Below are positions 52,079 to 52,343 of a stretch of 52,343 bases of DNA, one piece after another. The translations under genes were made by a program, and so were the position numbers. The notes under the pieces were generated by a model, which worked only from the letters and a program-made list of their open reading frames with translations, did no database searches and was not told where the DNA came from. The stretch covers positions 1 through 52,343 of IMG/VR virus record IMGVR_UViG_3300037761_000202. One strand, given 5' to 3'. The DNA comes from a virus (lineage: Duplodnaviria; Caudoviricetes). Numbering within the stretch: the stretch's first letter is position 1; each line of letters begins with the position of its first letter.

Positions 52079-52343
52079 CAGTCCACACTCCGATCAAGAT
52101 CAGTCCGGGGCGCCAACGCTCCACGCTCGCCGGGCAGCGGGAAGTTCAGGCTGGCGAACTCGCCGAAGTGACGACGGGCCGCAGTGTCGTACGCCCGGGC
52201 GGCATCCGCCTCGTCGACGTGGTAGCCGAGCCAACGGCGGCGCCCGCCGATAGTTACTCCGGCGTACCACTTTGCATTCTCGGCATGCCACCAGACGCCC
52301 TTGAATCTCGACGTACCCCGCGACTTCCGCATGTTCCGAAGAT
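52078..52343 (-). CDS. HNH-AP2 endonuclease, 3' part (AP2 domain)
   Basis: SRFKGVWW...KWYAGVT...RWLGY..DEADAARAYDTAARRHFGEFASLNFP. Confidence 0.9.
   Translation of the reverse strand, partial: LRNMRKSRGTSRFKGVWWHAENAKWYAGVTIGGRRRWLGYHVDEADAARAYDTAARRHFGEFASLNFPLPGERGALAPRTDLDRSVD
52217..52343. repeat. 127-bp terminal direct repeat (copy 2)
   Basis: Identical to 1-127. Confidence 0.95.

Overview
This window is a complete, circularly assembled genome of a temperate siphovirus. The unique length is about 52.2 kb; positions 1-127 repeat exactly at 52217-52343, which looks like an assembler overlap. GC is very high (about 70% by eye). The host is almost certainly an actinomycete, probably non-mycolic and Micromonosporaceae-like (inference from WhiB, Lsr2, DUF6221, GntR/PadR cassettes and no recognisable lysin B). 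The minus strand carries, from right to left: Cro and many small early genes (WhiB, ASCH, Holliday-junction resolvase, Cas4-like exonuclease, SSB-like protein, Prim-Pol, AAA helicase), a late regulator, packaging HNH/cos/TerS, TerL with a class-3 LAGLIDADG intein, HK97-type portal/protease/capsid, a head/neck fibre cluster, tail genes with a -1 frameshifted chaperone, and an amidase endolysin with a multi-membrane-protein lysis cluster. The plus strand carries an XRE repressor, a short tyrosine recombinase, a two-gene ParB/ParB cassette, and an RHH-controlled early operon with a 430-nt structured leader. Best candidates for undescribed biology: (1) a tyrosine-recombinase-like core site inside the repressor gene (47344-47369) is duplicated in direct orientation at 629-646, among three RHH-type operators. 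Recombination would excise a 5,494-bp int-ParB-ParB-RHH circle and swap the repressor C-terminus in frame. (2) A ParA-less tandem ParB cassette has a perfect 32-bp palindrome inside its own coding sequence. (3) The early operon has a large switch-like leader RNA and recurrent intergenic pseudoknots. (4) Four C(A/G)GA(A/U/G)GA-loop hairpins precede the capsid gene. (5) A full-length paralog of the tail tube protein sits in the Dit position. All functional calls come from motif recognition by eye; no database searches or folding programs were run.
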